Origin: an uncultured bacterium
GTDB lineage: Bacteria; Eisenbacteria; RBG-16-71-46
Direction of reading: 5' to 3'
DNA: 64,000 nt
Assembly (NCBI GenBank): GCA_964589945.1
Contig: CAZPVG010000013.1
Span: forward strand, 7,280 to 71,279
Shown here: one piece after another, positions 8,582 through 17,683 of the stretch
Layout of the letters: every line of letters begins with the position of its first letter
Position numbering within the stretch: the first letter of the stretch is position 1
Notes under the pieces: generated by a model
What the model was told of the DNA's origin: nothing
Databases searched by the model: none
The model's input: only the letters and a program-made list of their open reading frames with translations
Program-made: the position numbers and the translations under genes

Positions 8582-9648
8582 ACCGCATCGACGCGTTCCT
8601 CGAGCTGGCCGTCCACCAGGGCGGGTCCGACCTCCACCTGGTCGCGGGCCAGCCGCCGCGCATCCGCATCGTCGGCGAGCTCGAGCCCGTGCGCTTCCGC
8701 GACCTGTCGAACCAGGACGTCAACGACTTCCTGACCGAATTCATGACCGACGACCAGCGGCAGGCGCTGGCCGAACGGAGCGCGATCGACATCGCATACG
8801 AGTCCGAGACCGCGGGCCGCTTCCGCGTGAACATCTACCAGCACCTCAGCGGCCTGGGCGCGGCGTTCCGCGTCGTGCCGAACGACCCGCCCCCGCTCGA
8901 CTCGCTGAACCTGCCGCAGGCGATCCCGCAGGCGCTCTCCGTGGGCAAGGGCCTCATTCTCGTCACCGGCCCGACGGGCTCGGGCAAGTCCACGACGCTC
9001 GCGGCCATGATCGACTGGGTCAACCGCAACCGGAAGGGTCACATCATCACGATCGAGGACCCGATCGAGTTCGTGCACAGCTACCAGCAGTGCGTCGTGA
9101 CCCAGCGCGAGGTCGGCACGCACGCCCCGAGCTTCAGCGAGGCCCTCCGCAGCTCGGTGCGCGAGGACCCCGACATGATCCTCGTCGGCGAGATGCGCGA
9201 CCTCGAGACCATCAGCCTCGCGCTGACGGCCGCCGAGACGGGCATCATGGTGCTCGGCACGCTGCACACGAACGGCGCGGTGCGGTCCGTGGACCGCATC
9301 GTGAACGTGTTCCCCCCGCGCCGGCAGGCGCAGGTTCGCACGATGCTGGCCGACAGCCTGCGCCTGGTCGTCTCGCAGCAGCTCGTGCGCAAGCTCGACC
9401 ACTCCGGCCGGCTGGCCGCCTGCGAGATCATGATCAACACGCACGCGGTGAGCGCGATGATCCGGGCCGGGAACACGCACAAGATCCACTCCGCGATCCA
9501 GGCCGGCGGCCGCATCGGCATGCAGGCGCTCGACGCGGTGCTGCAGGACCTCGTGCGGCGCGAGGTCATCACGGGCGAGGAGGCCTACGAGGTCGCGATC
9601 GACCGCACGATCTTCGAGCGGTTCGTGAGCGGCGACCTCGCCGCCTGA
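8578..9648 (+). CDS. PilT/PilU-family retraction ATPase paralog
   Basis: ATG overlaps the pilT stop (ATGA). MNRIDAFLELAVHQGGSDLHL. Walker A GPTGSGKST. MVLGTLHTNGA. Confidence 0.9.
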   Translation: MNRIDAFLELAVHQGGSDLHLVAGQPPRIRIVGELEPVRFRDLSNQDVNDFLTEFMTDDQRQALAERSAIDIAYESETAGRFRVNIYQHLSGLGAAFRVVPNDPPPLDSLNLPQAIPQALSVGKGLILVTGPTGSGKSTTLAAMIDWVNRNRKGHIITIEDPIEFVHSYQQCVVTQREVGTHAPSFSEALRSSVREDPDMILVGEMRDLETISLALTAAETGIMVLGTLHTNGAVRSVDRIVNVFPPRRQAQVRTMLADSLRLVVSQQLVRKLDHSGRLAACEIMINTHAVSAMIRAGNTHKIHSAIQAGGRIGMQALDAVLQDLVRREVITGEEAYEVAIDRTIFERFVSGDLAA

Positions 9649-9735
9649 CGCCGCCCCGCCCGGAACCGACGGGCGCCGGAGAACCGCCACGCGACCCGTT
9701 GGGCCGCAAATCGGGCGCCGGGAGGCCGGGCGGCG

Positions 9736-11010
9736 TCAGGCCGCTTCGGCGGAATCGCCCTCGGCGCCGGCCTCGGGCGGGAGGGCGTAGACGTCCTCGA
9801 GCACGTCGTGCAGGCAGGCCTTGAGGGCGGCGACGACCTCGGGGTCCCAGTCCACGTTCTCGCCGTTCTCGATGATGAGCAGCGCGCGCCGCGGGCTCAG
9901 GGACTCGCGGTACGGGCGCGGGCTCAGCAGGGCGTCGAACACGTCGGCCACCGAGAGGATGCGCGACTCGAGCGGGATCTGGGCGCCGTCGATGCCGAAC
10001 GGGCCCGTGCCGTCCATCTTCTCGTGGTGCCAGGCCGCGATCCGGGGCACGTCGCGGAGCGCGACCGGGTAGACGACTCGGTCGAGGATGTTCTGGGTGT
10101 GCGCGGCGTGCGTCGCCATCTCGGCGCGCTCGAGGTCCGTGAGCCGGTCCGGCTTGAACAGCACCTCGTCGCGCACACCCTGCTTGCCGAGGTCGTGCAG
10201 CAGCGCCGAGACGCGGAGCACCTCGAGGCGCTGGTCGTCGAGCCCGAGCTGCCCGCCGATCCACACGGCCACCTCCTGCACGCGCTCGGAGTGGCGCGCC
10301 GTCTCCGGGTCGCGCAGCGTGAGCGAGTGCAGCAGCGCCCCGATCGTCGAGGCGAACGCGAGCTGCTGCTGCTGGTACGCCCGCAGGTGCTCGAGCGAGA
10401 GCGAGGCCTGGCACGCGAAGACGGTCAGCAGGTCCACGTCCTCGCGGCTGAATCGGCCGCGCTTGGGACGGCGCACGTCGAGCTGGATGACGCCGAACGG
10501 GCCCTGGCTGTCGCGCAGGGGGGCGCAGATCGCCGTCTCCATGCGCGAGAGCACCTGGCTCTCGGTCGCCGAGCCGCCGCTGGCGCTGCTGACGTAGAGC
10601 AGCGCGCAGTCCTCTCCCATCGCCCGCTCCGCGATCGTCCGGCTCAGCTGGACGGCGTCTCCCGACGGACCCTCGTGGGTCTGCGCGCGGCGGACGACGA
10701 GGTCCTCCGTCAGCTCGTCGCGGCTGACGAGCACGAAGTTCGTGGCGTTCGGGAACGCCCGCAGGGCGTAGTCCGCGATCACGTCGAGCAGCTTGGGCTC
10801 GTCGTAGCGGGCGTCCGCCGTGTCCCGCACGAGGCCCAGGAGCAGCTCCGCGACGCGGGCGTCGGAGCGGACGACCTGCCCCTTGACCTCGTCCCATTCG
10901 TTCAGGGCCCGCCAGGCCAGCACGGTGGGAACGAACGAATCCACCCGCGGCAGCGTCTGGCTGTCCGCGGGCGGCCGGCGGAGGCGGTCCTGCGAGGGGG
11001 ACGGGGACAT
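9736..11010 (-). CDS. GAF domain-containing HD-GYP phosphodiesterase
   Basis: Start taken at MSPSPSQDRL (ATG 11008-11010); the upstream part of ORF 9736..11133 is low-complexity. HD motif LLHDLGK and HD-GYP signature HHEKMDGTGPFG are present. Confidence 0.85.
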   Translation of the reverse strand: MSPSPSQDRLRRPPADSQTLPRVDSFVPTVLAWRALNEWDEVKGQVVRSDARVAELLLGLVRDTADARYDEPKLLDVIADYALRAFPNATNFVLVSRDELTEDLVVRRAQTHEGPSGDAVQLSRTIAERAMGEDCALLYVSSASGGSATESQVLSRMETAICAPLRDSQGPFGVIQLDVRRPKRGRFSREDVDLLTVFACQASLSLEHLRAYQQQQLAFASTIGALLHSLTLRDPETARHSERVQEVAVWIGGQLGLDDQRLEVLRVSALLHDLGKQGVRDEVLFKPDRLTDLERAEMATHAAHTQNILDRVVYPVALRDVPRIAAWHHEKMDGTGPFGIDGAQIPLESRILSVADVFDALLSPRPYRESLSPRRALLIIENGENVDWDPEVVAALKACLHDVLEDVYALPPEAGAEGDSAEAA

Positions 11011-11150
11011 GCCCGTTTCATCGGCAGCCCCGCGGCCCGGCTTGAGGCGCCTCCGGAATCTCCCGTCAAGAAGCGGCCCCGGGAGGCCGACAACCTGCAG
11101 GAATGCCCGGCCCGGCCGGTCCGGGCCTCCCACCGGCTCCGGAGGAATGC

Positions 11151-11789
11151 ATGGATTCCCGGCAGTCCCTGCTGCTCACCGTGCGGGCGCTCACGTCGGT
11201 CCTCGACGCGGCGGACCCGTTCACGCGCGGCCGCTCGCTTCGCATCTCCCGCTACGCGGTGCGGATCGCCCGCGAGCTGGGCGTGCCGGAGCACGAGTGG
11301 GCCGACATCGAGCTGGGCGCCCTCCTGCACGACCTGGGGCGCAATGCCATCCTCCACGACGTCGTCCAGAGCCCGCGCCCGCTGGACGCCGGCGAACGGG
11401 CCGTCGTGCAGACGCATCCCACGATCGGCTACGCGATGCTCAAGGACATCCCCGGCCTCGAGGCTGCCGCCGAGATCGTCTGGACGCACCACGAGCGCCC
11501 CGACGGCGCCGGCTACCCGCGCGGGATCCCCGCCGACCAGATCCCGGTGGGCGCGCGCATCGTCATGGTGTGCGCCGCCTACGACGCGATGACCGAGGAC
11601 CGCCCGTACCGGCGCGGCCTCTCGTCGCGGGCCGCGTGCGAGGAGCTGCGGCGCTGCACCGGCGAGCAGTTCTTCCCCGAGGTAGTCAACGCTTTCGTGC
11701 AGCTGCACGACTCGGGCCGCCTGTGGGAGGCGTTCTCGCGCGAGGAGCTCGAGATCTGGGTCAGCCGCGGGGACCTCGCGGCGGCCTGA
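11151..11789 (+). CDS. stand-alone HD-GYP domain phosphodiesterase
   Basis: ATG at 11151 preceded by GGAGGA. LLHDLGRN and HHERPDGAGYP motifs. Transcribed divergently from the GAF-HD-GYP gene. Confidence 0.85.
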   Translation: MDSRQSLLLTVRALTSVLDAADPFTRGRSLRISRYAVRIARELGVPEHEWADIELGALLHDLGRNAILHDVVQSPRPLDAGERAVVQTHPTIGYAMLKDIPGLEAAAEIVWTHHERPDGAGYPRGIPADQIPVGARIVMVCAAYDAMTEDRPYRRGLSSRAACEELRRCTGEQFFPEVVNAFVQLHDSGRLWEAFSREELEIWVSRGDLAAA

Positions 11790-11812
11790 TCGGACCCGGA
11801 CGGCTTCGCGGT

Positions 11813-11851
11813 CGGGCGCCGCGCCCCGGGGCGCGGCGCCCCCTTCTTTGC
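11813..11851 (+). terminator. intrinsic terminator downstream of the HD-GYP gene
   Basis: Perfect GC palindrome GGGCGCCGCGCCCC/GGGGCGCGGCGCCC followed by CCTTCTTTG, 25 nt after the stop codon. Confidence 0.55.
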
Positions 11852-11943
11852 CCGGAGCGGACACCGGGGCCGGTCACTCGCCCATCCCAAGGCCGTAGGA
11901 TCGGTCGGAACCGCCGCCCGCACCCGATTCCCGGAGGCCCGAC

Positions 11944-12432
<489 letters not shown>

Positions 12433-12436
12433 CGCC

Positions 12437-13984
12437 TCAGGCCTGGTGCTCGGGCCGCAGCAGGTCGAGCACCGTCTTGACGGGGTTGAAGACCGCGAGC
12501 GGCGCCTCGACGAACACGGTGTTCCACCCCGCCATCGCCCCGTTCCAGAGCCCGGGCCGCTCGAGGGCCAGCAGCTCGCGCCCGCCCGCGCTGCGCCGGG
12601 TCACGATGACCGCGGTCTCGTCCACGAAGTCGGCGAGCGGGTACGCACGTCCCCCGGGGCCGCGCAGGGCGCAGGCGAAGAAGACCGGGTTGAAGTGCGT
12701 CGCGCGCGCCAGGATCGCCCGCTTCTCGCCCGAGGCCGGGTCCACCTGCGAGGTCTCCACCACCTGTCGGGTCACGTGCCCGTCGCGGGCGCGCACCCAG
12801 AACGGCCCGCCGCCCGGCTCGCCGGTATTGGGCACCATCCCACAGACGCGCAGCGGCCGGTCGAGGCGGGCCACCAGCGCCGGCCGGTCCCCGGGCGGTT
12901 CGGGGTCCCCGTAGGCCTCGTGGAGGAATGCGCGGGCTTCCGCCTCGACCGCCACGTCGCGGGGGTCCTCGAGCCGCTCGAGCAGGCCGTCGGTCCGACC
13001 GCGCAGCTCCGCGGCGAGCCCGACCAGCGCCCGGCTCCAGCGCAACGTCTCCGGGCGCACGCGCTCCACCGCCACGTTGTCCACGTTCTTCACGAACGCG
13101 AACGGCAAGCCGCTTTCCGCGAGGTTGCGGAGCAGCGCGCCGTGGCCCGCCGGCCGGAAGAGCAGCCGGCCCGCGTCGTCACGGAACGGCCCGCCGGCCG
13201 GGTCGCCGGCCAGCGTATCGGTGTCGGGGTGCTGCTCGGAGAAGCTCACCTCGGCCGTCGCGCCCGTGCTCGCCGCCAGTCCCGGTGCGACGGCCGTGAG
13301 GAGCGCCTCGAAGCGCCGGCGATGCTCGGGCGACACCGTGAAGTGCGCGCGCGCCCGGCCGCCCGAATCGCGGGTGAAGAGCGCCGCCTCCTGGAGGTGC
13401 TCCTCGAACGGCGTCCGCGCGCCCCCCGGGGCGCGGTGGAACTCGAGCAGGCCCTTGGGCAGCGCGTCGTAGTCGAGTCCCGTCGGCGAGAGGAGCGCCT
13501 CGGCGAGCGGTCGCCATGGGCCGCGCTCGCGCAGTTCGTCCAGCGACCGGCCGCGCTCGGCGAGGACCGCCGCGAGCGTATCGCGGAACGCGAACCGCGG
13601 AAGCCCGTCCGCGAAGGCCGCGAGCGCGGCCGCCTCCCGGCCGCCCGCGGCCGCAGCCGCGCGCACGTCCTCCGGCGCGAGGTCGCCGGGCAGCGCGAGG
13701 GCCGCGTGCAGCTCGCGGAACATCCGCGTCGCCGCCCCGGAGGCCGGAACGAATGACGTGACCTCCCCCGCCGCCGCCGCGCGTGCGTGCGCCTCGTGCA
13801 GGGTGGGCATCCTGTCCTCGTCGAGCCGGACGATCCCGTCGCCGGGCGTGCACGGCCGGACGAGGTCGGCCCAGCCCGGCGGGGCCGAGATGAGCCACAG
13901 CTGCCGGCGGGCCTCCTCCTCGGAGATGCCGCGCAGCGCGAGTTGTCCCCGGTCGGCGGGGGTGAAGTCCGTCTCGCGCGTCAT
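12437..13984 (-). CDS. DUF4301-like protein (nucleotidyltransferase-like fold suspected)
   Basis: Start at MTRETDFTPADRG (ATG 13982-13984); upstream ORF residues are R-rich junk. Motifs FVKNVDNVAV and VCGMVPNTGEPGGGPFWV. RBS GGAGGAGAAGG lies upstream. Confidence 0.75.
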   Translation of the reverse strand: MTRETDFTPADRGQLALRGISEEEARRQLWLISAPPGWADLVRPCTPGDGIVRLDEDRMPTLHEAHARAAAAGEVTSFVPASGAATRMFRELHAALALPGDLAPEDVRAAAAAGGREAAALAAFADGLPRFAFRDTLAAVLAERGRSLDELRERGPWRPLAEALLSPTGLDYDALPKGLLEFHRAPGGARTPFEEHLQEAALFTRDSGGRARAHFTVSPEHRRRFEALLTAVAPGLAASTGATAEVSFSEQHPDTDTLAGDPAGGPFRDDAGRLLFRPAGHGALLRNLAESGLPFAFVKNVDNVAVERVRPETLRWSRALVGLAAELRGRTDGLLERLEDPRDVAVEAEARAFLHEAYGDPEPPGDRPALVARLDRPLRVCGMVPNTGEPGGGPFWVRARDGHVTRQVVETSQVDPASGEKRAILARATHFNPVFFACALRGPGGRAYPLADFVDETAVIVTRRSAGGRELLALERPGLWNGAMAGWNTVFVEAPLAVFNPVKTVLDLLRPEHQA

Positions 13985-14183
13985 TTCCGTCCTTCTCCTC
14001 CGTCGTTTCCGGCGCGCCGGCGCGCGGGCCCCTTCGGACGTCCACACCCCGGCCTGCCCGGAGCGCGGAGCACCGAACCTACGACATTCCGGGCGCTCAC
14101 GCGCCCGCCTCCGTGACGGCGCGCGGGATCGGGCGACCGCCCGGCGGCCGGGACGACCCGGGGCGTGCCGACGGGGCCGCGCG

Positions 14184-15164
14184 TCAGGCGGCGCGGCGCA
14201 GCGGCTCGGGGGCCCCGGCGGCCGGCGCCGAGACGCGTGCCGCGGGCAGGGCCGGCGAGGCGGCGATCAGGGCGGCGGCAAGCGCGGCGAGGATGGCAAG
14301 TCCCTCGCCGGGGGGACCGTGACCGAACGGGAGCCACGCGCCGAGCAGCGTATTCGCGGCGATCACTCCCCACCACCGCGTCGCCTCGCTCCGCCGCTCG
14401 CGCCGCAGCATCCAGGCCGTGCGACCGAGGCCGTGCAGAACGAGCGCGACGACCACGCTGGCGCTGAACTCGAGCGGCGTCTCGAGGCGCGAAAGGGCGT
14501 GTGCGCCGAACGGCGAACCGACCGCCGCGACGTGGAGCCCGGTGCCGACGGCGCCCACGACGGCCGACAGGCGCCACGCCGGCGGCGCGCCCGGCTCGAG
14601 CGCGCGACCGAGGGTCAGCAGCGTCGCGAACGCGAGCGCCAGTGCGAGCGCGCCGTGGGTACCCCACGCCGCGTCCACGGCGGCGGCCCGGGCGGCGAGG
14701 TTGGCCAGTCCGCCGGTGGCGGCCCACAGCGCGTGCAGGCCGAGCACGGCCGCGGCCACGGGGAACGCGCGCCAGGCCGTGCCCGCGGCCTCGGGGTCCT
14801 TCGCAACCAGCGCCGAGAGGGCGTAGTACGTCGCGAGCCCCGCGAGCGCGACGCGGACGTTCGTGCCGGTCGCCGCGCTCGGCGGCGCGCCGAGCGTGGC
14901 GAGGAGCAGCACGGCCATCATCGCCCCGAGGCGCCCGTCGAGCGGAGTGGACCAGGCCGCTCCGTTCCCGCGCCCCGCGAGGGCCGCCGCGGCCAGGCCG
15001 GCGAGCGCGAAGGGCTCGATCCAGCGCACGCCGGCGAGGGCGCCGGGCAGGTGCGGGGCGAGTCCGTCGAGGAGCACGGCGAGCAGCGCGAGGAGCGCAA
15101 AGCTCCCGTGCGCGCCGGAAGCGGCTCGCAGCGCACCCGGATCTTTCGGAACGCGGACGGGCAA
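14184..15164 (-). CDS. hypothetical polytopic membrane protein
   Basis: 326-aa Ala/Leu-rich ORF with about 8 hydrophobic segments. High GC3 in frame. It is the last gene of the folE operon block. Function unknown; the start is uncertain. Confidence 0.55.
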   Translation of the reverse strand: MPVRVPKDPGALRAASGAHGSFALLALLAVLLDGLAPHLPGALAGVRWIEPFALAGLAAAALAGRGNGAAWSTPLDGRLGAMMAVLLLATLGAPPSAATGTNVRVALAGLATYYALSALVAKDPEAAGTAWRAFPVAAAVLGLHALWAATGGLANLAARAAAVDAAWGTHGALALALAFATLLTLGRALEPGAPPAWRLSAVVGAVGTGLHVAAVGSPFGAHALSRLETPLEFSASVVVALVLHGLGRTAWMLRRERRSEATRWWGVIAANTLLGAWLPFGHGPPGEGLAILAALAAALIAASPALPAARVSAPAAGAPEPLRRAA

Positions 15165-15279
15165 GGGTGGGGAAGCTCCACGGGAGGAGGCCGGTGCAGT
15201 CGGGGCGTGGTGGCGGCCCTGGGAACACCCCTGTTTTCGGAACGTCGGCCCGCGGCCTTGAGCACCCGCCGGGGGCGTC

Positions 15280-16203
15280 TCAGGCCCCGCGCAGGGCGCG
15301 GCGGATCGCGGTGGCGGCCTGCGCGCCCTGACCGATCGCGACCGGGATGCTCGGCGGCTCCGGCCGCACGATGTCCCCCGCCGCCCAGACGCCGTTCGCC
15401 GAGGTCCTCAGGGCGCCGTCCACCAGCACGTAGCCGTCGGCGTCGAGCGCGACCGCGTCCCGGCACCACTCGCTGTTCGGGACGACGCCGATCTTCACGA
15501 CGACGCCGCGCGTCGGCACCTCCGCCTCGACGCCCGCCCGCTCGAAACGCACCGCCTCGACCGCGTCGCCGCCCAGGATCGCCGTCACCCGGGCGTCGCG
15601 AAGCACGCGGATGCGGGGCTCGTCGGCGACGCGCTCGCGGAACTCGGCGCGCGCGCGCACGGCGTCGCGCACGAGCAGGTCCACGGGGCTTCCCGCCGCC
15701 GCCAGCAGCAGCGCGTTCTCGAATGCGGCGTCGCCGCCGCCCACGACGACGACGGGCAGCCCCGCGAGGCTCGACTGGTCGCGCGTCGCCGAGAACGAGA
15801 CGCCCCGCCCCTCGAGCTCGCGCTCCCCCGGTACGCCGAGCCGCCGCCGGCGCACTCCGGTCGCGATCAGCACGGCGCGGGCCGTCGCCGGCCCTCCCCC
15901 CATGAAACCCACCTCCGCGTTCCGGCCGGGCCCCGCCGCGGGCCGCAGCGAGACCGCGGCGGCGTCGCCTCGCCAGGGCACGCCCGCCGCCTCGAGCTGG
16001 CGCGCGTAGGCCGCCGCGAGCGACGGCCCGTCGCCGTGCTCGAACCCCGGCACGGCGAGCGGGTGGAAGTGGACGACGTGCAGCTGCCCGCCCGGCGATG
16101 GCGCGGCGTCCACGACCTGTACCTCGAGCTCGAGCGAACGCGCCCACAGCGCCGCCGAGATCCCCGCCGGCCCCGCGCCCACGACGACGAGGTCGGCCGT
16201 CAC
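15280..16203 (-). CDS. FAD-dependent pyridine nucleotide-disulfide oxidoreductase (thioredoxin reductase-like)
   Basis: GTG start overlapping the upstream stop (GTGA at 16200-16203). Dinucleotide-binding VTADLVVVGAGPAGISAALWA. Second GG motif VVVVGGGDAAFENALLLA. Upstream residues of ORF 15280..16485 are overlap junk. Confidence 0.8.
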   Translation of the reverse strand: MTADLVVVGAGPAGISAALWARSLELEVQVVDAAPSPGGQLHVVHFHPLAVPGFEHGDGPSLAAAYARQLEAAGVPWRGDAAAVSLRPAAGPGRNAEVGFMGGGPATARAVLIATGVRRRRLGVPGERELEGRGVSFSATRDQSSLAGLPVVVVGGGDAAFENALLLAAAGSPVDLLVRDAVRARAEFRERVADEPRIRVLRDARVTAILGGDAVEAVRFERAGVEAEVPTRGVVVKIGVVPNSEWCRDAVALDADGYVLVDGALRTSANGVWAAGDIVRPEPPSIPVAIGQGAQAATAIRRALRGA

Positions 16204-16955
16204 GGCGCGGTCCCCATCTCGCGCGCGACCTCCCAGAACGTGCGCGGCTCGAGCGGCGGCAGGCCGTGCCGCTCGGCGAGGCGCTCGAGGCAGGCGATCC
16301 GCTCGCGGCCGAAGTCGGCCGAAGCGTTCTCCCGGTCGCGCAGCCGGATCTCGACCGTCAGGCCGGGAATCCGGCGGACGCCGGTCACGCGCGCGGCGCG
16401 CAGGACGAAGTCCCAGTCCTCGCTGCAGGCGAACGACTCGTCGAAGCCGCCCAGCCGCTCGAACAGCCCGCGGCGGACTCCCCACGCGCTCGGGGGCAGG
16501 TAGTCGTTCGTGCGCATGCGGTCCTCGTCCCAGTCCGAGGCCAGCATCGCCGATTCGACCGCCTCGCGCACGCCGTCCGGCCGTACGTTCTCCCGGATCA
16601 CGAGGCTGTCGCGCCAGGCGAAGCCCACGGCGGGATCCTCGAACGCCGTGACGAGTCCCTCGAGGTGGTCCGGCCGCCAGCGGTCGTCGTCGTCGAGGAA
16701 GGCGAGCAGCTCGCCGCGGGCGCCCCGCGCCGCGGCGTTCCGGGCCGCGCCGGGATTCCCGAACTGCACGTCCAGCACGGTGAACTCGAGGATCGGCAGG
16801 TCGGGCAGCGCGGCCGGCCCCGCCCCCGAGCCGTCGTCCGCGAGCCGGACTTCGAGCGGGGCGAGCCGCTGCGCCGCGACGCTCGCCAGCGCGTCCGCGA
16901 GCAGGCGCGGCCGGTCGCGGGTCACCACGATCACCGAGACGCCGCGCGCGGCCAT
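16200..16955 (-). CDS. family 2 glycosyltransferase
   Basis: Start at MAARGVSVIVVTRDRP (ATG 16953-16955, GGGGAG RBS). GT2 features VSVIVVTRDRPRLLADALASV, LAFLDDDD, CSEDWDF. Confidence 0.8.
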   Translation of the reverse strand: MAARGVSVIVVTRDRPRLLADALASVAAQRLAPLEVRLADDGSGAGPAALPDLPILEFTVLDVQFGNPGAARNAAARGARGELLAFLDDDDRWRPDHLEGLVTAFEDPAVGFAWRDSLVIRENVRPDGVREAVESAMLASDWDEDRMRTNDYLPPSAWGVRRGLFERLGGFDESFACSEDWDFVLRAARVTGVRRIPGLTVEIRLRDRENASADFGRERIACLERLAERHGLPPLEPRTFWEVAREMGTAP

Positions 16956-16971
16956 GGCGGGCGCTCCCCGG

Positions 16972-17550
16972 TCAGGCCCCGCCGCCCGGACCCGGCCGCA
17001 GCACACCGGCCCAGCGCGGGTCGGCCAGCTCGCCTCGCACCGTCCGCGTCTCGACGAGGCCGTAGCGCCGGATGCCGCGCATCTCCATGCAGAGGTGGCG
17101 GGCCTCCAGCACGACGGCGATGCCCCGCGGGGCGATCCGCCGCTCGAGGTGGTCGGCCACCTGCCGCCCGAGGCGCTCCTGCAGCTGCGGCCGCCGGGCG
17201 TAGAACTCGAGGATGCGCGCCACGGCGCTGATGCCGGGCAGCCTCTCCCCGGGCAGGTAGGCCACGTGGGCGTGCCCGAAGAACGGCACGAAGTGGTGGA
17301 CGCAGAGGGAGTGGAACGGGATGTCGCGCACGACGACGAGGTCGCCCGCACCCCCGGCGGGGAACGTCGCGACCTCCGGCTCGGCCCCCGGGTCGAGGCC
17401 CGCGAAGACCTCCCGGTAGAGGGCGGCCACCCGCGCGGGCGTTTCCGAAAGCTCCGGCTCCGTCGCCGGATCGAGCCCCAGCGCGCGGATGAGGTCGGCG
17501 ATCGCACGCCGGGCGGCCGCGTCGTCGCGGCCCGGGCGGGATTCGTTCAT
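16972..17550 (-). CDS. folE: GTP cyclohydrolase I
   Basis: Start at MNESRPGRDD (ATG 17548-17550, GGAGGA RBS). Signature LCVHHFVPFFGHAHVAYLPGERLPGISAVARILEFYARRPQLQERL. Confidence 0.9.
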   Translation of the reverse strand: MNESRPGRDDAAARRAIADLIRALGLDPATEPELSETPARVAALYREVFAGLDPGAEPEVATFPAGGAGDLVVVRDIPFHSLCVHHFVPFFGHAHVAYLPGERLPGISAVARILEFYARRPQLQERLGRQVADHLERRIAPRGIAVVLEARHLCMEMRGIRRYGLVETRTVRGELADPRWAGVLRPGPGGGA

Positions 17551-17606
17551 GACCGTTCTCCTCCGGATAGACGACGGGGCCGGCTGGAGCAGCCGGCCCC
17601 GTGACA

Positions 17607-17683
17607 TGGAGCGGAAGACGGGATTCGAACCCGCGACCCTCACCTTGGCAAGGTGATGCTCTACCGGGCTGAGCTACTTCCGC
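17607..17683 (-). tRNA. tRNA-Gly (anticodon GCC)
   Basis: Reverse strand reads GCGGAAGTAGCTCAGCCCGGTAGAGCATCACCTTGCCAAGGTGAGGGTCGCGGGTTCGAATCCCGTCTTCCGCTCCA. 7-bp acceptor stem GCGGAAG/CTTCCGC. Anticodon loop TTGCCAA. GTTCGAATC T-loop. Encoded CCA. Confidence 0.9.

Noticed and set aside
12446-16147. ORFs 12446..13756 (+), 13179..14045 (-), 13758..15905 (+), 13981..15228 (-), 14918..16147 (-)
   Set aside because: They are extremely Arg/Pro/Gly-rich with no hydrophobic core or motifs, and overlap better-supported genes in other frames (the DUF4301-like gene, the membrane protein, the oxidoreductase).
16098-17604. N-terminal extensions of ORFs 16200..17507 (-) and 15280..16485 (-) and the plus-strand ORFs over folE and the GT2
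   Set aside because: The extensions are out-of-frame read-through of the upstream gene. Real starts (ATG 16955 with RBS, GTG 16203 at the GTGA overlap) give proteins beginning at the expected conserved N-terminal motifs.
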